Of a DNA stretch of 64,000 nucleotides, positions 48,642 through 58,200 are shown in pieces. Position 1 is the stretch's first letter. The number at the start of each line of letters is the position of its first letter. The notes under the pieces are model-generated. The model had not been told where the DNA came from. It ran no database searches and worked only from the letters and a program-made list of their open reading frames with translations. A program made the position numbers and the translations under genes. Location: assembly GCA_045863235.1 (NCBI GenBank), contig BTUM01000041.1, forward strand, positions 1 through 64,000. The letters run 5' to 3'. This DNA is from Candidatus Xenobia bacterium. Its GTDB lineage: Bacteria > Vulcanimicrobiota > Xenobia > Xenobiales > QWHO01.

Positions 48642-50883
48642 CCTGGACCTCGTTGGAGGGAGTGGAGAAAACTGGACCTCGTCGAGCCTTCATTCGGAAC
48701 ACGTAAGTCTGGCCCGAAGCCAGGCCGGTTTTCAGGTACGGGCCACTGGCGCTGGCGTTATGGCCGCTCCAGGTCCCCACACTGGCCAGTCGATACTCGA
48801 GATAGAAGGCAGATTCGTCGCTGGAGTTATCCACCCAGTTAAGCTGGACCGAAGTCGGACCGGTCGCTGCCCCGGTCAACCCGCTGGGAGCAGCTGGACC
48901 TGTCTTGACTGCAATCCACTGGCAGTAGGTCGAGTAGGTTCCGCCCGCCCGAGCCCGCACCCTGAGGTAGATGGATGAGCTGGCCGGCAACCCCGTAAAG
49001 GTGTGGGTTGTCGCGTTGGAAGCCAGCTGGACAGCCGTCCAACTCCCCGTCGTTCCGATCCGGCGCTCGGCGAAGTAATTCGTCTCGTGGGTGGAGTTGT
49101 CTGTCCAGTCGATTCGAATCCGAGACTGGTCCAGGGCCGTCCCGATCAGGTTAGTGGGGGCCTCCGGCCTGGGATTGCGCACGATCTGGCTGGAATAAGG
49201 AGAGTACTCGCTACCCACCTTCGTCCGCACCCGATAGACGTAGCCCACCCCTTCGGTCAAGCCGGTATCGTTGTATTCGGTGACGTTGGCAGCCACGTTG
49301 AACGTGCTCCAGGGACTATTGGAAGGGGTCTGAAGCCGACGCTCCACTCGAAAACCATCTTCACCGTCCATCGGGTCGGTCCAGTAGACCCGGATGGAGG
49401 TGGTGTCGGGGACGGTCGCATTGAGCCCGGTCGGGGCCAGCGGCGAGTAGGCAGAAACGTGGGTCCGGTAATTCGAGATGGTGTCCACCATCTCGTTGAG
49501 CCTCCGATGCTCGTCGGGCCGGTCGTCGCCGGTCAGGCTGGTATCGGTCAGAGTGACCAACCCGACTCCCGGCACGTTGACCTGCAGTGCTGGATTGGAG
49601 AAATACTGCAACACCAGATCCCAGTCGTTGGGGTCAGGATAAGCCATGATGGTGGCGAACTGGTTGGTCACGCGATAGCCGCGGGCGTAGCGCGGGGTAG
49701 GCGCCGCCGGATAGCCGCCATTGGTGGCAAAGTCATGGGCCAGACCCTGGTTGTGCCCGATCTCGTGGGTCATGGTGATCTCGGTCACGTCATCGGGATT
49801 GGCCATCACCGCAAAACCGTAGATGTTGTAAGCGGTGTTCGGCTCGGGAGTCAGGAAACCGACGCCCCCCACCCCGACTTGAAAGGCTTTGCAGCGCATC
49901 ATCACCAGGTCAGCCCCGTAGGTAGTGCGCAGAGTGTGCACGTTGTCCAGGTAAGGGCCGCCCGTGCGCCAGTCAAGGCCTCCCGTGGTGGTTGGCAGCG
50001 TGCCAGGGGAACCCGAGTTCCCGGTGGCTTCGCCCGAGGAGCAGAGGCGATACAGATCGGCCTGGGCGTTACCCGACTCGGTGTAGGTCACTTCGGCAAT
50101 ATGCACGGTGCGCAGGGCGATGTTGACCTGGCTGTTCTTATAAGCCGCATTCGCCCAGGCCACATCGTTGTCGATCAGAGCGGTCATCTGGGTCAGCTGG
50201 TTGGCGTTGCTCTGGCCCGGGAAGTAGTATTCGGCCAGGTCGTCGGTATAAAGCTGCAGCACGTCGATGATGTAGCCCTCGTTGGTGAGGGCCTGGATGT
50301 CCTCGGCCTGGACGTTCTCAGCCAGGCGAGCCTGCTCGAGCGGCTCAGGCAGAACCGCCAGCGGCGCATCCCCACAGCACGATCCCCCAGGGCCCAGTTG
50401 CTGCACCACCACCAGACCTTCCCCGGCCGAGCGCAGCCGGTAGGTGGCGCCCGGGGCAGTGAGAAGGCCCACGAAGAGATCGCCCCGGGCGGTGAAGGTC
50501 GCCTGCACCGCGCCGTCGCCCGAAGCCCCGCTCCAGGAAAGATTGCCCGAGGCGGACTTCTGGACAAGCACCCGGTTCAGGTCGAACACGGCGTCCTCAA
50601 ACAGCTCGATGCGCACGTCCTGCAACTCGTCCACCCAGAGGTCTCCCTGAGCGATCAGGTCCGGATTGAGGCGAACGGTGCGCGACCGGATGACCACCTG
50701 ACCAGAGAGACGGTTGCTCGTCGCGTTCTCGGCGCCCTGCGCGTCCAGCAACAGTCGCGTCCGGCTCTCCTCGACCGGCATGGCCGGGACGGCTCCTTCC
50801 GTGAACGTGGTCTCGCCGCTACAAGCGTAGAGCAGGAGCAACGCCAACAGCGCCAGGGGCCGGCGCAAGACACGAGCGATCAA
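48628..50883 (-). CDS. lipoprotein metzincin metallopeptidase (reprolysin/peptidyl-Asp type) with three FN3 domains
   Basis: Lipobox LYAC; HEIGHNQGLAH zinc motif; TIMAY Met-turn; APTGL/APTNL/APSGL FN3 repeats. Confidence 0.88.
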   Translation of the reverse strand: MIARVLRRPLALLALLLLYACSGETTFTEGAVPAMPVEESRTRLLLDAQGAENATSNRLSGQVVIRSRTVRLNPDLIAQGDLWVDELQDVRIELFEDAVFDLNRVLVQKSASGNLSWSGASGDGAVQATFTARGDLFVGLLTAPGATYRLRSAGEGLVVVQQLGPGGSCCGDAPLAVLPEPLEQARLAENVQAEDIQALTNEGYIIDVLQLYTDDLAEYYFPGQSNANQLTQMTALIDNDVAWANAAYKNSQVNIALRTVHIAEVTYTESGNAQADLYRLCSSGEATGNSGSPGTLPTTTGGLDWRTGGPYLDNVHTLRTTYGADLVMMRCKAFQVGVGGVGFLTPEPNTAYNIYGFAVMANPDDVTEITMTHEIGHNQGLAHDFATNGGYPAAPTPRYARGYRVTNQFATIMAYPDPNDWDLVLQYFSNPALQVNVPGVGLVTLTDTSLTGDDRPDEHRRLNEMVDTISNYRTHVSAYSPLAPTGLNATVPDTTSIRVYWTDPMDGEDGFRVERRLQTPSNSPWSTFNVAANVTEYNDTGLTEGVGYVYRVRTKVGSEYSPYSSQIVRNPRPEAPTNLIGTALDQSRIRIDWTDNSTHETNYFAERRIGTTGSWTAVQLASNATTHTFTGLPASSSIYLRVRARAGGTYSTYCQWIAVKTGPAAPSGLTGAATGPTSVQLNWVDNSSDESAFYLEYRLASVGTWSGHNASASGPYLKTGLASGQTYVFRMKARRGPVFSTPSNEVQVTTP

Positions 50884-51005
50884 CTCACCCTCCCGGTCGA
50901 TGCCATCTCCTATCTATGGTAGCAAAAATTCCTCTGCCCGACCGGGTGCAAGTCGGGCAGGCCGGCAGGTTGCCCTCCGATCACGTTAGCCCAATGGCGC
51001 ACCAC

Positions 51006-51039
51006 AAAAAAGGGGCGCTCCTTCGGAGCGCCCCTTTTT
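51006..51039. terminator. bidirectional intrinsic terminator
   Basis: AAAAAA GGGGCGCTCC TTCG GAGCGCCCC TTTTT: GC-rich stem, cUUCGg loop and A/T tails; directly downstream of the S8 gene. Confidence 0.9.
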
Positions 51040-51054
51040 GACCGTCAGCGAGAA

Positions 51055-53181
51055 TCAGCACTCGCGCGGGTCGCCGGCCACCTTCACGTCGTCCACGTAG
51101 ACGCCGTCCTTCTGGAGGCTGCCGTCGGAGCTGAGACGGAAGCGGACCTGGACGGTCTTTCCCTCGTGAGCCGACATGTCGTGCTCGTAGTTCTTCCAGT
51201 CTTCGGTGCCGTCGTAGGAAGCGAGCTCGCTCCAGGTCTGGCCGCCGTCCTCGGTCATCTCGACATGTACCTGGTCGTAACCGGCCTCGGTGTCGAACTT
51301 CATATTGTACGACAGGCGCGGATTCTTGACCGTCGACAGGTCGAGCGCCCGAGAGGTGAGCGAGGTGCTGGCGTTGGCCCCGTAGGATCCTTCCGGCGAG
51401 TCGGTGTAGACCATCCCGCGTCCTTCCACGGCCACCTTGCCCCAACCGGCGTCGGGAGCCCAGTTCTCGCTCTCCTGCTCCATGTCGTCGGCGAAGGCGA
51501 AAGCGGCAGCTTTGGCCCGCGCGGCAGCGGTGACCATGGGCGAGGTGTTGCCCATGTTGTCGGCCACCTTGACGGCGAAGAAGTAGGTCTTGGGCTCCTC
51601 GCTGGTGGGAACCGGCAAAGTCAGCATCTCAGGGGTTCCAGCCGCGCCCGGGGCGGACAGTCCGCTCATCGGGGTGGCCTGATCCCAGCTCACGCCCTGG
51701 TCGCCGTTCTCGGTGATGGGCTTGTCGGAGACGCGCACCTGGTAGCTGGCGGCCTGGCCGGTGTGGCCGTCGTCACCGGTGGCGGTGAAGCCGAGGGTGA
51801 TCGAGGTCGCGCCCAGTCCGGCCACGTGCAGGTCGGCGGGAGCGGCCGGCGGGGTCTCGTCGGTCTCCATGGTGTTGATGGCCGAAACGCGGCCCCCGGA
51901 AACCATCTTGCCCTCGTAGGCGGCGCCCTTGACGGCGGTATTGATCAGGCGCGACTTGATCTGCTCGTTGGTCAGCTCGGGGTTGTTCGAGAGCATCAGC
52001 CCCACCACGCCGGAAACGTGGGGCGTGGCCATCGAGGTGCCGCTCAGACTGCCATACTGGCCGTTGGGCAGGGTGGAGTAGATGTCCACGCCGGGCGCGG
52101 CCACATCCACCGAACGGGCGCCGTAGTTGGAGAAGCGGGCCAGCTTGTCGGTGCGGTCGTGGGCCGCCACGCTGACGATGTTGTCCAGATCGAAGCCGCT
52201 GGGGAAGTGGGGGCGCTGATCGGCGTTCTGGCCGCTGTTGCCCGCCGCGCAGATGTGCAGGGCGGGGTTGGAGCGGAAGGCGTCCTTGAGCGCTTCCGAG
52301 CCGCCGCCGCCGCCCCACGAGTTGGAGGTGACGCGGGCGCCGATGCGACCCGAGTAGATGACGGCCTCGATCGCGTCGGCATAGGTTCCGCCGCCCCCGC
52401 CGTCGAGGAACTTCACGCCCGCCATGGTGGCGTTCCAGTTCACGCCGACCACGCCCTCGCCGTTGTCGCCCTTGGCTCCGATGGTGCCGGCGCAGTGAGT
52501 GCCGTGGCGGTTGTCGTCGAGCGGGTCGCCCCCGCCGTTGATCATGTTGGCGCCGTGGACGTCATCGATGTAGCCGTTGCCGTCGTTGTCGATGCCGTCG
52601 CCGGGGATCTCGCCCGGGTTCGTCCAGACGTTGGCAGCCAGGTCAGGATGGTTGTAGTCGATGCCGGTGTCGATGACCGCGATCAGCGGGCCCTGGCCGT
52701 TGGGAGCGCCGGTGGTGAGGTCCCAGGCGGCCGGAGCGGCCACGTCCACGCCCGGGTTGCCGCTGTTCTTCAGGCCCCAGAGGCGGCTGTCGAGGTCATT
52801 GGGCTCGGCCTGCACCTGGATCTTGTAGTTGGGCTCGGCGTAAGCCACGCCTTCCTGGCCCGAGAGGCGGGCCACGGCCTGCTCGACGGTCTCGCCATCT
52901 TGCAGGGCGAACTGGAACAGCTCGCCGCCGAAGCTCTTCTGCATCGACTCGGGCACGTCGAAGTGCCGGATGGTGCTCAGGCCCATGTCAGCCGCCAGGC
53001 TCTGGGCGTTGGCCAGGCCCACGTCACTCTTGAACTTGACCAGGACCTGTCCGGGCTCATACTGGGGCTTGTCGGCCGGAGCCGCGTCAAAGCGGTCCTG
53101 CGGCTGCGCCGAGGACTGGGCGGCGGCCTGAGGGCGGGTGCTGGAGATCGGGCTGGCCTGGTTGGGGCGAATGGTGTTCAC
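51055..53181 (-). CDS. subtilisin-family (S8) serine protease with FN3-like and C-terminal jelly-roll domains, no Sec signal
   Basis: Catalytic motifs VIDTGID, HGTHCAG and GTSMATPHV; GTG start after AAGGAG. Confidence 0.92.
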   Translation of the reverse strand: MNTIRPNQASPISSTRPQAAAQSSAQPQDRFDAAPADKPQYEPGQVLVKFKSDVGLANAQSLAADMGLSTIRHFDVPESMQKSFGGELFQFALQDGETVEQAVARLSGQEGVAYAEPNYKIQVQAEPNDLDSRLWGLKNSGNPGVDVAAPAAWDLTTGAPNGQGPLIAVIDTGIDYNHPDLAANVWTNPGEIPGDGIDNDGNGYIDDVHGANMINGGGDPLDDNRHGTHCAGTIGAKGDNGEGVVGVNWNATMAGVKFLDGGGGGTYADAIEAVIYSGRIGARVTSNSWGGGGGSEALKDAFRSNPALHICAAGNSGQNADQRPHFPSGFDLDNIVSVAAHDRTDKLARFSNYGARSVDVAAPGVDIYSTLPNGQYGSLSGTSMATPHVSGVVGLMLSNNPELTNEQIKSRLINTAVKGAAYEGKMVSGGRVSAINTMETDETPPAAPADLHVAGLGATSITLGFTATGDDGHTGQAASYQVRVSDKPITENGDQGVSWDQATPMSGLSAPGAAGTPEMLTLPVPTSEEPKTYFFAVKVADNMGNTSPMVTAAARAKAAAFAFADDMEQESENWAPDAGWGKVAVEGRGMVYTDSPEGSYGANASTSLTSRALDLSTVKNPRLSYNMKFDTEAGYDQVHVEMTEDGGQTWSELASYDGTEDWKNYEHDMSAHEGKTVQVRFRLSSDGSLQKDGVYVDDVKVAGDPREC

Positions 53182-53409
53182 GTTGGCACTCCTTCGGTGG
53201 TGTACGAAATGCGGGCGGCGCGTGGCGGTTTTCGAGCGACCACGCGGAGCAGGCATCGGGCTTCTCACCAACCCCCGGGCCCCACGGACCCGGCCTGCGC
53301 ACCACGCAGGTATCCTAACCAGAACATGGAGTTACACGTTTGACCGAATTGTGAACATGAAGATCGGCCATTCAGACTCCTTTCAGACGACCGGATTACG
53401 CTTGAGGGC

Positions 53410-54078
53410 ATGAACGTCACCGCATCCAACCCTGACCGCCTGGGCCGCCCGACTGACCGGGTGCGGGACACGGCCGCCGGGCTGGTGCTCCACCCCGAAG
53501 AGCAGCGCGATGAGCTGAGGGTGATGGCGGCCGGGGTCGAGGCCCTGGGACCGGTGAGCCGGGCCGAGCTCCTCGAAGGGCTTCGGCAGGCCCGCGCAGA
53601 TTGGGGAGAGCAGACTGAGAGCGTGGAGAAGTCTCGCGCCCTGGAGCGCATGCAGGCGGACACCCGGCAGCTCGAGAGTTTACCGGGAGAGAGCTTGTCC
53701 GATCTGACCGGAGCCCTGCTCAGCGCCAACCAGGACCGCCAGGATCGCCTGGGCCTCTTCTGCAAGGCTGGCGTCGGTGTGGCTCTGGGCTCCTTCCTGC
53801 TGACCATGGCAACCGGTCACTGGGTACCGCTGGCCCTGGGAGTGGCGGCGGTAGGAACAGCCGCCACCGCAGCCGTTAAGCGCTACCAGACCCCCGAGCG
53901 GGATACTTTGAGCCGTCTGGCCACCTACGGCGCCATCGCCCAGCAGAAGGCCGCGGCCACGGCCGAGGTGACCAGCCTGGTGGCCGCTCTGGGCGAGAAG
54001 GGCACGCACGGCATTCGCCAGACCCAGAACGGCGTCCAGGTCGGGGGCGTGGTCCTGCGGCGTCGCGGCTCGGAGTGA
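53410..54078 (+). CDS. hypothetical protein with hydrophobic hairpin and C-terminal VQVGGVVLRRR motif
   Basis: Clean ORF with two hydrophobic segments; overlaps the start of the next gene. Confidence 0.75.
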   Translation: MNVTASNPDRLGRPTDRVRDTAAGLVLHPEEQRDELRVMAAGVEALGPVSRAELLEGLRQARADWGEQTESVEKSRALERMQADTRQLESLPGESLSDLTGALLSANQDRQDRLGLFCKAGVGVALGSFLLTMATGHWVPLALGVAAVGTAATAAVKRYQTPERDTLSRLATYGAIAQQKAAATAEVTSLVAALGEKGTHGIRQTQNGVQVGGVVLRRRGSE

Positions 54079-55196
54079 CGGCCGAACGCCTTCGCCCCTT
54101 CGGCGAATCCATCTTCTCGAGCATGACCCGGCTGGCCAACGAGTGCGGGGCCATCAACCTTTCCCAGGGATTTCCCGACTTCGACGGGCCCGACTGGCTC
54201 AAGGAGGCGGCCTGCCAGGCCATCCGGCAGGGTCCCAACCAGTATGCTCCCAGCCCGGGGCTGCTCGAGCTTCGCACGGCGCTGGCAGCCAAGGTCAAGC
54301 GCGACTATGACCTCGAGTATCGGCCCGAGGACGAGATCACCGTGTTGTGTGGAGCTACCGAAGCCCTCAGCGCGACCATTCTCGGCCTGCTCGACCCGGA
54401 CGACGAGGTGGTGCTGCTCGAGCCTTTCTACGACTCTTATCCAGCCCTGGTGGCGATGGCCTGCGCCCGGCCCCGCTTCCTCACGCTGCGGCCGCCTGGT
54501 TTCGAGCTCGATCTGGAGGCGCTCGACCGCCTGCTCGGGCCGCGCACGCGTCTGCTCGTTCTCAACAGCCCCAACAATCCCACCGGCAAGGTATTCAGCT
54601 CTGAGGAGCTGGAGGCCCTGGCCGAGCGAGCCCGACGCCACGACTTCGTGGTGCTGTCGGACGAGGTTTACGAGCACCTGGTCTATCCCCCACACCGACA
54701 CATCCCCATCGCAACGCTACCGGGGATGCGAGAGCGCACGGTAACGGTCTCGTCCTTCAGCAAGACCCTCAGCATGACGGGCTGGAAAGTGGGCTATGCC
54801 ATGGCTCCACCCTGGCTCACCGCTGCCGTGCGCAGCTCGCACCAGTTCCTGACCTTCTGCTCCATCGCCCCGCTGCAACTCGCGCTGGCCCGCACTCTGG
54901 ACCAGCTTCCCGGGTATCTGCAACGAGCCACCGACGAGTACCTGGCCCGTCGCGATCTGCTGGCCGACGGCCTGGCGGCCCCCAGACCGGCCGGGACCTA
55001 CTTTATCGTGAAAGAGATCGAAGGCCAGGCCGAGCTTTACTGCCAGCGCCTGGCTCGCGAGGCAGGCGTGGCAGCCATTCCCTGCAGCGCCTTCTACCGC
55101 TCTGAGGCGGGCGACCACCTGATACGTTTTGCCTTCTGCAAGCGCCTGGAGGTTTTGGACGAAGCGGTACGCCGCACTCGTGCCTGGAGGCCCTGA
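54075..55196 (+). CDS. class I/II PLP aminotransferase (YbdL/methionine aminotransferase-like)
   Basis: Motifs INLSQGFPDF, NSPNNPTG, SDEVY, SFSKT..TGWKVG and IRFAFCK. Confidence 0.9.
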   Translation: MTAERLRPFGESIFSSMTRLANECGAINLSQGFPDFDGPDWLKEAACQAIRQGPNQYAPSPGLLELRTALAAKVKRDYDLEYRPEDEITVLCGATEALSATILGLLDPDDEVVLLEPFYDSYPALVAMACARPRFLTLRPPGFELDLEALDRLLGPRTRLLVLNSPNNPTGKVFSSEELEALAERARRHDFVVLSDEVYEHLVYPPHRHIPIATLPGMRERTVTVSSFSKTLSMTGWKVGYAMAPPWLTAAVRSSHQFLTFCSIAPLQLALARTLDQLPGYLQRATDEYLARRDLLADGLAAPRPAGTYFIVKEIEGQAELYCQRLAREAGVAAIPCSAFYRSEAGDHLIRFAFCKRLEVLDEAVRRTRAWRP

Positions 55197-55244
55197 CCTA
55201 CAGGGAGTCAGGCCGCAGGGCGGCGAAGGCTTCACGATTCTCCC

Positions 55245-58200
55245 ATGGGCACACAACTCGAGCGACTGAATCAACTGTTCGAGTTCCTCGTCAGGGTGCA
55301 AGAGTTCTGGACGCAGCCGTGGACGCGGCTCGAACAGCTGCCCTGGTCTTCGACCCTGCAGACGAACTCCGAAGGAGCGACCTGGCGGATCGCTCCTGAT
55401 GCGCCGCTGTACGCGGCGCTGGTGGAGGTTGCCGACCTGATCGAGCAGGAGTCATTCCGACTGAGACTGGGCCAGGAATGGCTGGAGGGACCGGAGGCTG
55501 CCTGCCCCCTGCGCTGGCAGGACGTGCGCTTGCGTCGCCTGGAGAGCGGCCTGGAGCTGAAGGTCCAGGGCCCGACCCACTTGCGCCAAGATCTCCTGCG
55601 CAGCCTCGGACTGCCAGAGCGACCGGACCCGCCTTATCAGGTCACTCCCTGCAGCGTGCTCTATCTCGAGCCGCTGGCGCTCGATTATTCCGAGTTTCTG
55701 GCCCGTCTTCGCAAAGCGCTTCCCGACGTGGACGATCTACCTGCCTCCCTGGCCTCCTTTACCGGCCCCTCCCCGGCCAAGCCCGAGCCCCTTTATCGCC
55801 AGCCTCTGTGGACGCTCAGCATCAGTCCTGAACAGGAGGAGGTGGCTCATCGCCTGGCGGTGCGACCGCTGGTGCTGGTGGAGGGAGGGCCAGGGACCGG
55901 CAAGAGCCACCTGGTCGCCAATCTGCTGGGCCACTGCCTGGCCATGGGCCTGCGAGTCCTGGTCACAGGTCCTTCTTCAGCGACTCTCAGACCGATTCTG
56001 AATGCTCTGCCGCCCGACCTGCGAGCCCTGTGCGTCGGCCCGGGCCAGAGCCCCGATCTCGAGCTCACCAAACGTCTCGAGAAGACCGATCCCAAGGCCC
56101 TGCTGAAGGAAGCCGAGGTGGAAAAGAAGAGGCGCGAGGAGCTGCTGGAAGAGCAAGACAGGCTCGAAGAGCAGCTCCTCACCCAGGCTCAGCTGGAATA
56201 CTCCGAGCGCGATGACGAGCGGGTGAGCGAGCTGGGCCGAAGACTGCAACCCGAGCGTGACGAATTGGGCTGGATCCCCGGACCGGTCGGCTTGAAGCCC
56301 AACCCCCTGACCCCCGACGAGGTGGCCGAGCTCTACGACAGCAACCGCCTCAGCCTGCACGAGGAAGAGCAGCTGTCGGGTCCTCTGCCCGATCGGGCAG
56401 AGTTGCTCACTGCGCCCGAGCTGGCTTCCCTCAGCGAGCTCTGGAGAGAAGTGGAGAACTATCCTGACCACAACTACTGGTCCGGCACTCCCCCCCTGGA
56501 ATCGCTGGAATACCTCCCCCTGGCAGCTTCACGGGTGGTGTCCTCGCTGCGCCAGAGCGACCCCTGGTTCCTCGAGTGCGTGTGGCGGGCCCGCACCAAC
56601 GAGAAGCACCGCCAGACCTACGGGGTCCTGCTGCGCGAGCTCGAGCAGAACCGGAAAGAGCGAAACCGGATCCTCAAGCAGATCGGCGACCGCGATCCGA
56701 CGCTCCCGTTCTTTGATGACGAGGCTCAGGAGATCTGCCAGGAGCTGCTCGAGCATGTCAATCGCGGCGGGACGGTCACCGGCATTGCGGCCACCTTCCT
56801 CAAGCCTCGCTGGAAGAAGTTCCTCAAGGGGGCACAGGTCCGGGGGAAATCTCCCACCACCGAGGGCGACTTCCAGGCCTTGCTGGAGGCCATCTCGCTC
56901 AAGCGCCTGAACGAGACGGAAGATCAGCGCTGGGCCCAGGAGATGGTCTTGCTGGGCTTGATGGGCGCCGAACAGCGGAAACTGGATCGCATCGATACGC
57001 TCAAGCGAGCCCTGAGCTGGAATCTCGAGGTCTTCTCCGACTTTGAGCACCAGGCTGCCGGGGCCGGCCTGCTCTGGGAGCGGGCCATGGAGCTGGCCAG
57101 CGAAGAGAACGGCTCGGGACGCGTGCTGCGACGTCTGCTCTCGTTCCTCGAGCACGAGCTGGAGCCTCTCTTGGAACGGCGCAAAGCCTACCTCGACGTC
57201 TGTCAGCTGATGAAACGGGCCGATCAGGAGGCCCGCTACCTCAAGAGCGCTGAACGGTCCAGCCCCAACCCGATCTGGGGCAAGCTTCGCCAGGCGCTGG
57301 TCGAGCGCGATGAGCGGGCCTACGAGGAAGCGCTGGAGGAGTTGGCCCGCTGGGAATCGCTGGCGCCTCTGGCTCAGCGGCGGCGGGAATTGCTCGACCT
57401 GCTCGAGCCGGTGGCGCCGGCCTGGGTGGACGCCATTCGAGAGCGCTCCAAGGTTCACGGTCGCACTCAAGTGCCAGGCAACGTGGTGGCGGCCTGGGAG
57501 CATCGCCAGGCAACCCAGTGGCTGCGCCAACTTCACGACCAACCCGGACCCGAGGTCACACTCAAGCGGCTCTTTGAGGTGCGTGAAGCGGTGCTGAGCG
57601 TCACCCGCGAGCTGGTCACCCAGCGCGCCTGGGCCATGCTCGGCATGCGAGCCGGCAAGCGAGAGCTGAGCTCACAAGACTGCGCCCCGGCCTGGGTCAT
57701 CCCGCTCGACCAGGTGCTGGAGCGGTTCTCCCCCGACGAAACCCGCTTCGACCTGCTGGTGGTCGAGCATGCCGGACTTTGTGACCTGAGAGCTGTGGGC
57801 CTGTTGGCACTGGCCGAACGAGCTTTGATCCTCGGGGATCCCGAACGGCTCTGCCCCGAGCCGGCCGCCCAGCATGACGAGCTGGCCCGATTGGCGGCCC
57901 CCTACCTGGCCGAGCATCATCGTGCCCGCCCGACCTCGCTCTTGACCTGGCTCGATCAGGGCGATTCGCTGCGCTTGACCGCCTCCTTCCGGGCTCGAAC
58001 CGAGCTCCTGCAACTCCTGCGCCTGCTCGAGAGCTCGGTGGCCCAGGCGCCGGGCCGCTCCCCCTCGCTCCCCACCCCTCCGTTCGGACTGCTCCGTTCG
58101 CGGCTGGAGGCCACGGATGTGGCCGCGATAGCCCTGGCCGTGCTGCGTGAGCATCCCGGACAGAGCCTGGCGGTGGCCTGCTGCCGCGTGGCTCTGGGGC

